Part shown: in pieces, positions 12,783-25,898 of the stretch
Layout of the letters: every line of letters starts with the position of its first letter
How positions within the stretch are numbered: position 1 is the stretch's first letter
Origin: Mobula hypostoma
Taxonomy: Eukaryota
Assembly: GCF_963921235.1 (NCBI RefSeq)
Contig: NC_086128.1
Span: forward strand, 62,372,001 to 62,436,000
Direction: 5' to 3'
Length of the DNA: 64,000 bases
Position numbers and translations under genes: made by a program
The notes under the pieces: model-generated
Seen by the model: the letters and a program-made list of their open reading frames with translations, nothing else
The model's database searches: none
What the model was told of the DNA's origin: nothing

Positions 12783-14354
12783 TGTTGGTAAATATTTAAA
12801 AAATAAATTACTTAAACTTTTTTTCTGCGCTCCCGCTAACAATTTGTTTTCTTCTGTCCTCCAGTGTACCCCTATAGCTGCTCATTGCTTGTTGCTGTTA
12901 CACATTTGTCTGTCAGTGAACTGTTGGTGCTCTGTTGAAAAAAAAACGTAGCATGGTCTTTCTTTTGGTGGATTGTAAATTGTCTAACTTATTTATAATT
13001 GACACGTTGTACAATTTGATCTTCCTCTCCTCCCCCGCGTCGATAAAATGCTAAAATCTTTGCTCTTGCACTTTNNNNNNNNNNNNNNNNNNNNNNNNNN
13101 NNNNNNNNNNNNNNNNNNNNNNNNNNNNNNNNNNNNNNNNNNNNNNNNNNNNNNNNNNNNNNNNNNNNNNNNNNNNNNNNNNNNNNNNNNNNNNNNNNNN
13201 NNNNNNNNNNNNNNNNNTACTGCTGTCCGTGATTTTAAACAACGTGCATATGTGGAAATTCCATGTTGAAAGCTAATACACTTGGATAGATTCTGAATTC
13301 AGCCACGATTATTTAGTGAGATATAATGGTTGTAAATAATAGGAAAAAATGTTTATAATGTTACCTAATAGCTAGTCTGTAATGGGACAGAGTGTTCAGT
13401 GGCATATTTTGTGTAGAAATCAGCGACGTCCATCCGACACTATGTTGCCAACAAGCTCTCTCTCGCTCTCTTTTTTTTTTGTAATTGTTTGTAGTTCAAT
13501 GCGAAATAAAGTTCAAAGAAAAGTTTCTCATTACCACCCCTGATCTCCGTGGCGTAATATCTTTACTGTATTGGAACTGTACTGTATCTTTACTTGTTTG
13601 GAAGCTGACCAGTTTAAACGCCCTCTTGAACCCGAGGAGTACCTATTGTTAGTCTGGTATATATGGTTAAGGTGTGTGTAACTTCTTGAATATTGCCACG
13701 TGCTTTGCGATATCTTGTCCGCCTGCCGTATGCAATGTAAAGGCACATTAGCAGAGCACGCAATTACTTTTCGTTAATTAGCAGCTTTCGATTGCCTCTC
13801 ATCTTATATTTATAAATATAATTCTATAAAACTGTTCTTAGGGCGGAACGCCGCTCATCTTCCTTCTTCTAAGCCCCGAACGCATTCGAACGGCTCTGAG
13901 TTTCAACGCGCGAGTTCAACTTGTCGCGTTATCCTGTAAATGCGGCATTTTGTTCAGCGGTTTGTTACAGTTTGGGATTGTCCTGGCCTTTACTGCAATA
14001 CAGCATCCCCTGTTTAAATACTACATCAGGATTTTTTTTTTGTAGTATTCGATGCTGTTCATGATTTTTGTTTAAAAGTCTCCCATCTTGATTTGTAGCC
14101 CATTCACCCAGAGAGTTATACGGTGGAAATTTTGTCTATGCGATATACTACGCGCTTTTGTTAATTTGGGTGCAACAGGTAACCCCCCCGCCCCAGTTAG
14201 GTTAAACTCAACTTACCAAAAGAACGTCCAAGTGCTTATCGATAGTAGAAAAGTTACACAGCAAATATTAGCTCTATCTTGCAAAGTGCATACTCCCCTT
14301 CTGTGTCTAACAAACTGCTTATGGAAGAAGCCGGTATGACATTGGGATGTCAAA

Positions 14355-14680
14355 TGAATTGGGTATTTATCGCAAAGTTAGATCGTAAAAATCGCCCATA
14401 CCGCAGGCAGATACCCCTACTGGCTCTCAAAAGTCACGTGGGGTCGTTAAAGTTAGTTTTATGGTTCTGCGGAGTTGACAAGGTACAATATATTTCACAT
14501 TCTGTATAATGTTGGTGACGCTGAACTTTATCAAGCTGGGTTTGCAGCCTGTAAGCGCGTAATGTGGACTAGCCTTTCCAGAGGACTCCAGCAGGTCTTC
14601 CCTTCAGCAGGGCCTGCAGGCTTTAAAATCTTTACTGACTGCAGTCAAAATTGCTGGAACTAAATGGCTTCAAGTAAGTT
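14355..14680 (+). promoter_or_regulatory. Conserved Hox5-Hox4 intergenic element; probable distal promoter plus non-coding first exon
   Basis: GATCGTAAAAATCGCC...ACTGG-N11-CACGTG-GGGTCGTTAAAGTTAGTTTTATGG...GAGTTGACAA, recognised from memory as a conserved Hox block; consensus donor CAA|GTAAGT at 14674. Confidence 0.65.
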
Positions 14681-17492
14681 ATGTGGAACTATAAACCGAG
14701 CGCGGGTTGCTTTAGTGTGCAGGGCCCAGCGAAGCTTCCAAAACAGAAAGTAAAATTACTGTAGATTAATTAACAATACTGCAGAAACAAATATATATAT
14801 GTTTTTTTTCTTTTACTCATGTCTGGGGCCGAAACTGTAAAGTAACTGTAAAGATTTGGCGGTTATTGAATATGTGGGCCTGGTTCCCAGCAACTGAATG
14901 TTTTTCCCTCTGCTAGATGCTCCAAATATTTTACCGCTGAGACGTCGGATTGAAGTCGTTTTTGTGTGTCTGTGTTGCTGGGGGCGGGCATACAGTGCGG
15001 AAAATAAAATAAAACAGATAGCCTGTTGTTTAAAACTATCTTTGAATTATGTACTTTCTGATACAGCCTCTCCGTCGTTTCTCCTGTAAAACCATTGCCT
15101 GGTTGAAATTTCGTTTGTTTGGCATATTATACTGTGCTTGTCGAAGATTTTTGAATTCGGACTGAAGAATAAATTGTCGTGTCATTTAAGTGTGAATTTG
15201 ACGCGTTTGTCTGCGGGGTGCTGTGTCTTAGGCGTTGGTGGGCGCTGGGGGGGGGTTCGATTGTTAGGAGTGGGGGGATACTCGGCTATGATAGTTTTTC
15301 TTCATTTTAGTATTTGTACGCTTCTAATAATTCCGATACCAAATATGACCCTCCACCGCACACCCCCCCGCCTTCCCCCACCGCAGTCCTTTCGTTTCGG
15401 CCCTAACTTAGCTTTAAAAATAAATTCAAAGCGTATTTCTCATTTCTAGATTTTTTTTGTCAGTTATGACGCGAGCAATTTAACATCGTTCTTGCGTGGA
15501 TAAATCTGGCTTTATGCAGCGTGTTTACAGATAAAGCTTAAACGCGGAAATCGGCCTTTTGAGTAAAGGCCTCTGACAGCCAAGGACATCGCTTTTTTTA
15601 AAGCTTTTACAACACTTCCTTGCTGTTTTTTTTGGCATCCCAAACGTCCACTGTCTTACCAGCAAAGAAATATTAAAACTATCTCAGGGCTTTAAAGAAA
15701 ACATATGTTAAACATATGTTTGCTCCCCTGCCATTAGCTGATTTTTTAAAAAAGAGAACAGATAATGGGGGGGGGGCGTCGTTTCAATGCGTCAAAGTTA
15801 CGTTGAAATCTGAAAGTGGCCATTAATGTCGTTTTACAGTCGCATCCGCACTCACCAGCAGTCCTCTCNNNNNNNNNNNNNNNNNNNNNNNNNNNNNNNN
15901 NNNNNNNNNNNNNNNNNNNNNNNNNNNNNNNNNNNNNNNNNNNNNNNNNNNNNNNNNNNNNNNNNNNNNNNNNNNNNNNNNNNNNNNNNNNNNNNNNNNN
16001 NNNNNNNNNNNNNNNNNNNNNNNNNNNNNNNNNNGGCGCTGAATTGTGCTCGGCATTCACGAATCTTCTTCTCGGTGTGTTGAGTTGGACTAAAGTTGTG
16101 TCCCTGGCGCAATAAAAAGAGGAATTACCTGCTAGACTGATTGACACACTCAAGGTGAGCGCGGGGAACAGCAGACTCGTTGGTCTGCACTGCAAAGTCT
16201 CAGATAGGTATCTAAAAGTCCGGAGCTGTCTCATTCGCCTCACTCTGCAACATTCATACATGATGGGGTTTGAGACCATAACTTGAACCAAGTGAGAGCG
16301 CCATGTTGTTTTTTCCTCTCTGCATCAGTTCGGACTTCAAATGGGAAAGTGGGTCACTATTTAACACTACACCCTCTTCTTCATCTGTCATGTTTTGCTT
16401 TATAGACATTTGGCCACTGTATGTGTCATCATTTTGAAATGTGACTCTTATGTACGACTAATTGAAAGTTGCTTCGACTTTTATACGAAAATTTTCCCTC
16501 TGGGATTTCAAGTTTAAGTGAGGGAGAGGGAAATAGAGAACTACATCAACTTGTTTGCCTAAAGAGCTTTTTTTATATATATAGCATAAACGTGTGTCCT
16601 TTAATCCCACAGTCAATAATAGCCCTAAACAAGTACAAAGACTAACTTCCTATATCATGGTTAGCAATTTTATTCATATACAGCTCTTGTTTTATGTTAC
16701 AGTACTTGGATTCTGTCACCGTGTCTTTTGTCTAGTAACACTGGACGCATTCACCCTTACTGTACATTTCCTGTCATGCTAGTCTGACGAATGCCTACAT
16801 ATCATGAGGCTCGTTGTAAAGATTATTTGTGCAGTCAAAGGCTAGGATTTTTTTTTAAAAAAACGAAGATACACGAGAGAGAAAAATGATACTTTGACAT
16901 TTCTCACCAGAAAATGTCAAGATTCTCACCCTGATAATTATTGGCGTGCACAGTCCTCGAATCCGGCAGTCAAGTTTTTAATTCTTGCCGTTTCCGGTGT
17001 GTAGTTTGAAGGGGCGGGAGAGGTCAGAATCTATTTTTGGGAGTCAAAAGTTTTCCTTCTTTCAGAATTTCGAAATATTCCCCACGTCTCTCTTTTTAAT
17101 ATATATATATTGCTTTTCCGCGCTGACAGTTAGTGCAATCCGAGGGCTAAACAGGAAAACGCAGAGTTGCCGGAGGAAATAGGTTGTGGTCTTCTTTTCT
17201 GGTGTTGTTCTTTGTGTACTGTCCATCAATGAACTGCAACAAGATAGGAATGGACAAGTTGGTTAGTGCGATCCATTTTATCATTACTATAAATATAAAT
17301 TGCATTCGTGTGTGTTTTTAGACGTAAACAATTCAAGCCTTGGAGTGGGGAGTGGTGGGGTGGCGAGGGGGGGGGTTAACATTCGTACTTATTCATTGTT
17401 TCCTTCAGAGGCAAAGTAATCTGCCAATCTCAGAACTCGACGCTTTTCAGGCGAGATGGTGGACCCGGTATACATCTGGCTCCTCACTTCGC

Positions 17493-17495
<3 letters not shown>

Positions 17496-17548
<53 letters not shown>
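17496..17548. repeat. (CA)n microsatellite
   Basis: Directly visible. Similar CA/TG tracts lie at 197-221, 8129-8165, 18880-18933, 22810-22860 and 63514-63585. Confidence 0.95.
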
Positions 17549-17550
<2 letters not shown>

Positions 17551-18883
17551 TCCTGAGCATTAGTTAGAAAATGCATTAGTGTGATAGTTTATGATTAGCG
17601 TGCAAGAGAGAATTAATGATTATAATCAGACAAGAATCTACTGGCTCTTTAATAGAACACGGTTCACCAGTAAATTAAGCCACAGCTGAACGAGAAAACC
17701 GTAGCAAAGTGCGGACAAAACAGAACATCACCCAGCTCCAATCGCGTATATGATCGAAAAGTTTTGTTGGGGCGGGGTGGTGGGGGAGAGGTGTGTGCAG
17801 AAAAATATTATTCTAGATGCCAAGGAAGGCGAGTGCATTCGGATGAATTTATCTTACAGATATATTATAATTTATTTTTAGAAATGTTTAATCCATTCTC
17901 AAGCGGTTGTAGGTCATTGGATTTTGACGCACAGTCTATAGCCTGTTCTTGTGATCTGCGGTACAGCATTAGTAATTGGGGTTCAGCGAAAGTGCCATCG
18001 TTTGTAACCGACACAGCAACCCCCCACCCCCTCAACAACATAGATGTATTTGCCCCAGATACAATCACAAGGCAAATTATCTGTTCCATTGAAACGTTAC
18101 AGAATCGATACTCTTCCCTATCAGGCTAACAGCAAAGTCTAAACGTCATGATTCATTTTTATCCCTTTGTGTTTCTTTTTAACGTTTTTTTTAGAAGTGG
18201 TTTGCATCTGGCGCATTTATGGGCACTGGGTGGGTTTGAGGTTGGAATTGAGGATGAGAGGAGGTGGTGGTGGAGCGGGAGGTGGGGTGGGGGGGGGTTG
18301 TTTTGAAACAAGAACAAAAGGCATTAGCACCAACGAGCGATGGAGTCATAAAGGTGTCAGGAGATAATATCGCCGTTTTTAAACATCTAGTTGCAGGCCC
18401 GCAGATTTAAAAAAAAGCACTCTGATCTCATGCGTTATCGTTAACTCGTCCCCGTGGCTTCAGCAGTCACTGCTAGGACCCCGTCCCAAAAACACGCGAC
18501 CTTTAGCCAGACCAGCGCACACACATCACCGTCTAATTAGACGAAACGCGGGTATACGGCGAGATCTTAAATTACAGGCCGCTATTACTTTCGGGCGCAT
18601 CCACTCCGCATAATAAATTGTCAAGTGAAAGAACAGCCGCAAACTACTGTTTAATTAGTATCAACCTTCAATAGAAACTGGCCTGCCCTCAAAGAAGGGG
18701 ACAGATCACCAATCAGACCATCCTTTCCCAAGCCGTTACTGGGCCTCCTGTTGGAGATAGACACGGGGTGAGTCTTGAGAAACTACACGTGAGCTGTCCT
18801 CTCAGTAATACAATTTAAAACAAAACACAACAGAAAAGGTAGGCTGATATCTAATATTTAGGAGAGGCATTTCATAACGCACA

Positions 18884-18934
<51 letters not shown>

Positions 18935-19153
18935 CAAATCATTTACACGCTAAATTTAAAATAATTGCCGCAAAGTGTAGAACCGTCTCTACACCATTTC
19001 CCCTCTCATTCAGCAGCGCAATGCTGTTACTTTAATTGAATTGGATAATTCTTTTTTCATTACATTTATAATTCAAAAATTATCACACCATCCAATGACA
19101 AAGATAATATAAAACCTAGTTAATAGTTCCGTCTCTTGGGGGATTTCTTTCTC

Positions 19154-19192
<39 letters not shown>

Positions 19193-20504
19193 GGCCTGTG
19201 CTTTAAATTACAATCTCTCCGCTTTTATTAAGCAAGGCGCGTTGCTGCGGGTTTAAACTTCTCACGCAAAACGAGGAAGATTCCGCACCCACACCCTACC
19301 ACCCACCAAAAAAAAACAGAAAGAGCAAGCCTTTTGCTATTGATAGCCTGCGGGCGGTTCAACGGCGTTAAAACTCGGATTTAAAAAGCAAAATTTGCGA
19401 TAAAAAAATAAATCGGTCTCGAATCTGGGCAGCCGTTTTTTTCTGACACATGCAACGTGTCGGATTCACCAGCAGAGCCCGCTTCAGACCAAGTTCATAG
19501 TCATTAAGTGTCTCCTTCTTACCAGCCTTCCCCGTTGCACTATGAGTCTGGAAGAATAGAGACGGGGGTGGGGGAGAGGACGGGGGGGGGTGCAGTCTGC
19601 TTGCTTTCTCCCCACAATTATTTTCCGTCCGAACTTTCTAAGCGCACTGGGCCACTTATCTCTGAGAAACTCACCCTCCCGGGTTGTGTATTTCCCTGTC
19701 GAGTATTGGCAGAAAGTCATTCAAACAAGGTCGGTAAGAGAAAGAATCAAATACATACTTGTAAGAGTTCCAACCCAACTTTTCAAGAAATTCCAGTTTC
19801 TCAAGGATATCTTTCGATTTCTGAATATATATATATATAGGATAAAGTTAAGCTTAAAACTTGCCTCCCGGCGGGGGTGGGGGAGAGTTGGTGGTTGGTG
19901 GGGGGGGGGGGGACGAAACTATACAGCTATACTGTCTGAAGATTGTGATGTTGAAACTGTTGAAGGGAGCTTGTTAGTACAGCATTATAGCTAAGGGGTC
20001 AAAAAGTGTAGGGTCAAAAGTTTACGTCGTGCGTGACTTGCTGTTGTCTGCCTCGATAGACTCCGTTCGATGTCAATGGTAAAAGGAATAGTCCTGGTTA
20101 TCAGCCGAAATGAGGGAAATAACAGGCCGGGGGTGGCGGGGGTGGGGTGGGGGGGTTTACATAGGCAAGTAAGTAAAGATTAAGCGGTCGGCGTAATGTC
20201 CAGGGTGTGAAGATTGGAGAGAGAGAGAGGAGGTGGAAATCTTCGAAGAGATGCTGATGGGTGGAGGTGTGTGTGTGTGTGTGTGTGTGTGTGCAAGGTG
20301 GGTGGATGGGTGATGGGGTGGGGGTGAGTAGAACGGGGAGAGGGGAGGAAGGGTTAACTACGAAGTATTCTGAACACGACCTGGTGCAGAGCAAAACACA
20401 GGAAGGATGAGCCGTTTTCTTTTACAGAACACACTGCATAGTAACGAGAAATCTCCAGATCCACTAAGGGAGGGTTTGCCGTGTGTGTATTATCATAGAT
20501 GTTT

Positions 20505-20540
<36 letters not shown>

Positions 20541-22111
20541 AGGGGGGGCGGTTGATGCAAATAATTCTTTCCCAGTATAATCGACCTTCCTTTCAAAATA
20601 ATTTGAGAGTCAAGTTCTATGGGGAAAGTAAAGGCTTTAAATAAAATTAGTAACGGGGGTGGGGGGTGGGGAGAGAATAAATTGTAGGCGCCTTTATGCC
20701 AAGTAGGGGACGTAGATGAGTTTACTCTGTCAAACCGATAAGAAATCTTATTTTTAAAAAAGAACCTACATTTTGAGGGCATTTCAAGCATATCTAAGTC
20801 AGGAGCTGGGCAGGTGTAAACGAGGAATTCAAGTAGAATTAGAGAAGGCTTTGAAATTTATTGACGAATTGCTTGGCGTTGATATCAAAAAATTAAGCGC
20901 AGAGTGAGGACACCTTTACAATTGTATTGCACAGATGACAGAAAGTAAATGTTTGTTCTTGCATTTTACGATGTCCTCGCTTTAGAGGTTTTCTCTCTCT
21001 CCCTCTGTTGCTCGCGTGAGATCTCCGGGTGAAATGTATCACTCGTGCCCACTTGCGGAGAAACGGGCAGTTTCGAACGTTTTACTAAAGGGAAAATTGT
21101 TGCTTTTTTTAAAAAAAAAAGCTTCCCATAGGTCTTCTATCAAATTTAAAGTGAACTCGACGTTAACCTCCTTTAATTGCCATTATGATTATCATTAAAC
21201 GATGCCTATATCCTATATCACATTAATTATTGTGACGTGACACAAAATATCTACCAGTTATAGTCCGGCTATTTAACCAAAGTAAATATTTTTAAAAATC
21301 TGTCTGCGAGGCAGCCCGTTTCCCGGCGGCTCTGCGCACGGAGCAGGTTTTCAATCTCCTTGCACCACAGTCGCTCTGTCATGAATCTGCTCAAAAGTAA
21401 ATACACAAATTCCGAAAGCTGGCATGGAACAGTTGTGTGCCAAGCACAACGTCAGTTCTAAGTGCTTCCCATTTGTGCAGATTGAGGGGAAATTCGAATC
21501 ACAGTCACTTCACATAGCATCTGTGTTGACTTGGGGTAATGTTAGAATGCTGACATCAATCAAGAATACTTGAATGCATTTTTGTTTTATTTGCAGTGCA
21601 GCAATAGTTAACCCTTTTAAAAAAAATAAATTAGCATGGATGCAGTTAAACGAATCGATTTTAATGAGCTTGGGCATTGATTAGATTACGTGCATGTGTT
21701 ATGCTGCTATCTCTTAGATCTGCATTTATAAATCTGCATATATAAATAAATATAGATTTACTGCCAGCGCGTACCTATAAAGGAAGCCGACGCTGTATTA
21801 TAAACATTACATATTTAATTTACACTCTCTCGGAACTGCAGCAATATTTTCCCTAATGAAATGCTTTGCACCAGATGAATCTAACTGACAGAGCCTCTTA
21901 CGTAACTTATGTATTACATTCACACCATAGTGCTTCTCCTTTCGTGTCTTATTTCCTGTAATTGAGCAATTACATTTATCGCGTTTATTATATATAAATA
22001 GACGTTATATCTTCTGGAACTCGAATCAGAAGATGATAGGCCCTGCCTTGCTGAGCTGTGCAAGGCACAGCCAAAGATGTGCTGCTGTTGCACGCTGGAA
22101 TATGCATCATT

Positions 22112-22408
22112 TCAGAATCAGAATCAGGTTTAATATCACAAGCATATGTTGCAGAAACATACAAAGCCTACAGTACAATACAGGCCCCTCGGCCCACACT
22201 GCTGTGCCGAACAAGCGCTCAGTTTTGAAATGTCGTGAAGCTTGTTAACTTCGCTCCAGCAGGGCTGTCCAGTACATGATAAAGTTTGGGGGTAGTGGGG
22301 GGGGGGGGAGACAATCAGTAAGTATATTAAATAGTTAAATTAATTTAAACTAAGCAGTGCAAAGGCCGATTGCTTTTTTTTAAACAAGAAGTACTGAGGG
22401 AGGGTTTA
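22112..22408 (-). mobile_element. LINE 3'-end fragment with a (CAGAAT)n tail, containing a nested second retroelement tail (22152-22229)
   Basis: TCAGAATCAGAATCAGGTTTAATATCAC...ATGTYGTGAA is also present, uninterrupted, at 36414-36555. Here it is split by GAAACATACAAAGCCTACAGTACAATACAGGCCCCTCGGCCCACACTGCTGTGCCGAAC (CR1-tail-like, from memory). Confidence 0.7.
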
Positions 22409-22808
22409 AGCCAACCTTGTCTGCTCTCAGCAGACTATTAAACATGGGAAAGCAGGTGAGAATTACCTGGTATCCTGGGAAATACCCTGCTCAACGTCAC
22501 TAAATAAAATAACTAATTTGACAACTAATGGGTCTGCTCCCTCGTTCTGCACAACCCACTCCAAGGAAATGGCGGCCCGTTTTTCAATCGAGGAGCTGGC
22601 TGCACGAAAATTGACTTCTCCTTCGGTAAAGCTCCGACTTTCTACGCCCTAGTTAAAATCACATTCCCCCTCCACCCCCGTTAAGATTGAAATCTCCACC
22701 GCTGCGTGGCAAAAGAAACAAAAAGGCAAGATTTTGAATTTTTTTTTTGCATCGTTTCTATCTTAGAGTGACCAACGCCTGCCAATGCATTTTGCCTACT
22801 CTGTCCTG

Positions 22809-22862
<54 letters not shown>

Positions 22863-23470
22863 ACACAGGACACCCATCAGGTGAAAATTTAGTCGAATTT
22901 GAATATATATTCAAATTTAAGTTCATCGAAACATTTTTGCTGACATGTGCCCAGAGGGGAGTTGTATCGAGTGAGTGGCAAACTCGTTAGTTTTAATTAG
23001 CAAGCCTTCTGACGGGTTAAACCAATAGTTTCCAAGAAGACCGATTAATTCGCTGCTATACAATGGTATTCTGCAATATCAGGACTTTCTGTTCGATTTG
23101 TGCTCGATCTGAAGGTGATTCAGTGCAATGTTGTGTGGGACATGCACCTGTAAAATCAAGCACATTTCGCATTCTTACAAATTTGTAAGAAGGGAGAGAA
23201 TGCATTAATTACTTTGCTATTCAAATTGGAAACTGCGATGCGGCGGCCAGGTTGGAAGGCAAGAAATCAGACTTCCATAATAAATATTAGGTGCTCATCA
23301 AATCGCGGAACATGTCATGCTTGAGAAAATTTTCCAGGGCCTTAATGCTGCTTTTGGCTAAACTTCTGCCTTGCGATTTTTCTCAAACGTAATGACCTGA
23401 GCAAAATTCAGTATGACTGAGGGACCTATCAAATGCTATAGAACTTGTAGAGGGGGAGAGTCCAAGAGCG

Positions 23471-23487
23471 GGGTGAAACTCAGGTCA
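23471..23487 (+). promoter_or_regulatory. DR5 RARE upstream of HoxB4 (B4U-type)
   Basis: GGGTGA-aactc-AGGTCA followed by the flank CTAACAAATATTAAAATGT; same form and position as the Hox4-paralogue 5' RAREs. Confidence 0.85.
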
Positions 23488-25810
23488 AAGCGTCTAACAA
23501 ATATTAAAATGTACTCGGATTCACGACACGCCTTAGTGTTTAACAAAGACTGTCAGTGTATGAGATTAATACGAAAAAACCGAGGGCGAAAACAAAATGT
23601 TCACCAGGCCGATGGTGGATACATTTTAAAAAGCGGCTAAGCATTTCGAATGGGGGGGGGGAGGGAGATGGAGGAGGTTGGTGGTAATAGTGCTGCTGGA
23701 AGAGCGTTACTCTAACTAGATGTAATCAGTACACCAGACAAAGGAGAATGAATATCGTTATGTTGAAGTTGGCATTTTCGGCCTCTCGGTCCGATTCTTT
23801 TCTTGATAACCCCAAACCGCCCTGTAATGTTTAAATTGACAATAGAGAGAGCGAAAANNNNNNNNNNNNNNNNNNNNNNNNNNNNNNNNNNNNNNNNNNN
23901 NNNNNNNNNNNNNNNNNNNNNNNNNNNNNNNNNNNNNNNNNNNNNNNNNNNNNNNNNNNNNNNNNNNNNNNNNNNNNNNNNNNNNNNNNNNNNNNNNNNN
24001 NNNNNNNGTGATTTTTTCACAATCGGTTTGGATGTAGGGGTAACTTTTGAACTAACCCCAACAAATATCTCCTCCTCTCGGATGAAGGGAATGTTAGTGG
24101 TGGGGGCGGGGGTGCTCAATGTATGTGAGGGGACGAGAAGCGGGGGTATGAAGAGATAAGTGTGTGTGTGTGTGTGTGTGCGCTCAAAACTGAATGTCAG
24201 TTTAACCTCACAAAATAAATGATCAGAAAATATGGTCTAAACATTGGTAATTCTAAATTAATTGCAATAATTTAATGGTCACTGTTTCCCATGATATGAA
24301 CGACATTAACGCTATTTACTTTAATGGTTGGCGTGTGGATAGCATTTTTGCATGTTTACTTGCTTCGGTCATTAGAACTGGCAGTAGGATGAGTGTTTCG
24401 CTACAGGAAGGTTGAGGCCTGCGATTCGCTTCCCTAATGACAGGCTAGAAACAGGAGGGGGAGAAAAAGGCCTCCCCCATCCCATTGCTGTTTGCATCTT
24501 CTGTTAGGATAGCATTCTATAGCGAGGTCCCTTTGAAATGCAGAGCACAGAGGGGACAGTAAATATATTCATCTTCCAAACTTCCGAAATGTCGACATTT
24601 TTATTACAGCGGGTTAAACAAAGCACCGGGTTTATCTTTTATGGAAAAGGTTCTTTTGAACAGCTGATATGCTCAGGGTTTTTTTTATCCTGGAAAAACT
24701 GTAGTCATGTAGTCACGTTAAAAAAAAATTAATCAGAACTGCATCGGTCACGGACGGACGAAAAATATTGCATAAAATTCTATTTCTATATAGTTTTTAA
24801 AAAATATTTTAAAGCTGGGAATCAAACAATATAGCGGTTAGATCAATGTAGAGGAAGTTTTCATTTTATAGTCCCGAACTCCTTTCATATGCGAAGTGAA
24901 ATCTTTGCATCGTTTTCGTGTTTATTTGCTGTCATCCGGCTAGAAGGTTTCTTGCCTCAGTTTTGCGTGTCGTAAACAACATTGCCCCGTCTATATAGAC
25001 ACTGTATCTAAGAATGTTTTTTTTCCCTTAAGCCAATTGATATTTCTGGGTCGTAAATAAATTTAGATTGGCCTGTTTTTTTTAATATGCAACGTTATAG
25101 ACAATTTATAGAGGCAATTTAGTTTAAAGGGGCGAACCAAACAATTTGCTATCCTTGAAAAGTCCAGAGGTCACTTTAGCTGACCGTTTAGTTTTCACTA
25201 CTTTGGAGCACATGCTATATAATTATAAATCTATTCAATACGGCAGTGCCGTTTGTTCTTTTGCAAGAATTTATCAAAGGGGAAGGAATGCATGGGTTAC
25301 TCAATGTCTGCTATAAAATTTATATAGCCACTGGAGGAAGTGCTTTCATTGCTCATGAATGGTTTAAATATTTAAGATTTTGTTTGCCTTTGCGGCTGCG
25401 GTAGGCAATTCCCCCCCCCCCCCGCCGCCTGAAAAGTCACACATGGCTTTCTTTCCAGCCGTTCGGTGTGAACGCACGGGTTCGCGAATAGGGTTATTCG
25501 CAGCTGACCCCGAGAGGGAATTGGTGCGGAGTTTTGCACGTGAATTTGTTCAGATTAATTGAATTTGTTCCCAGCTATTTAAAAAACAAGCAATTCTGCA
25601 GCCCACATTTCGATGTTCAGAGACACGTAGGCTGCACTACAATCTCTGGAGGAGTATAGAGACAGGCTCCCACCTCCCTCCCTACCCCGTGCCGAGTAGA
25701 TACATATCACATATATTCATGCATGTACAGAGATTCCTGCATCATCTGTATATTTACATGGAACTTCCTGAACGTCCCCGGACTCAAAACAAAAATGCAG
25801 AAAAACTTGC

Positions 25811-25898
25811 CTGTCTTCTATATATACCCTGTAGATCCGAATTTGTGTTGACGAAGTTGTGGTCACAAATTCGTATCTAGGGGAGTATGTAGTCGACA
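25811..25898 (+). ncRNA. MIR10A: microRNA miR-10a precursor (5p 25825-25847; 3p 25866-25887)
   Basis: Mature TACCCTGTAGATCCGAATTTGTG matches miR-10a-5p, and the complementary arm CAAATTCGTATCTAGGGGAGTA forms the hairpin. Canonical position 5' of Hox4. Confidence 0.97.
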
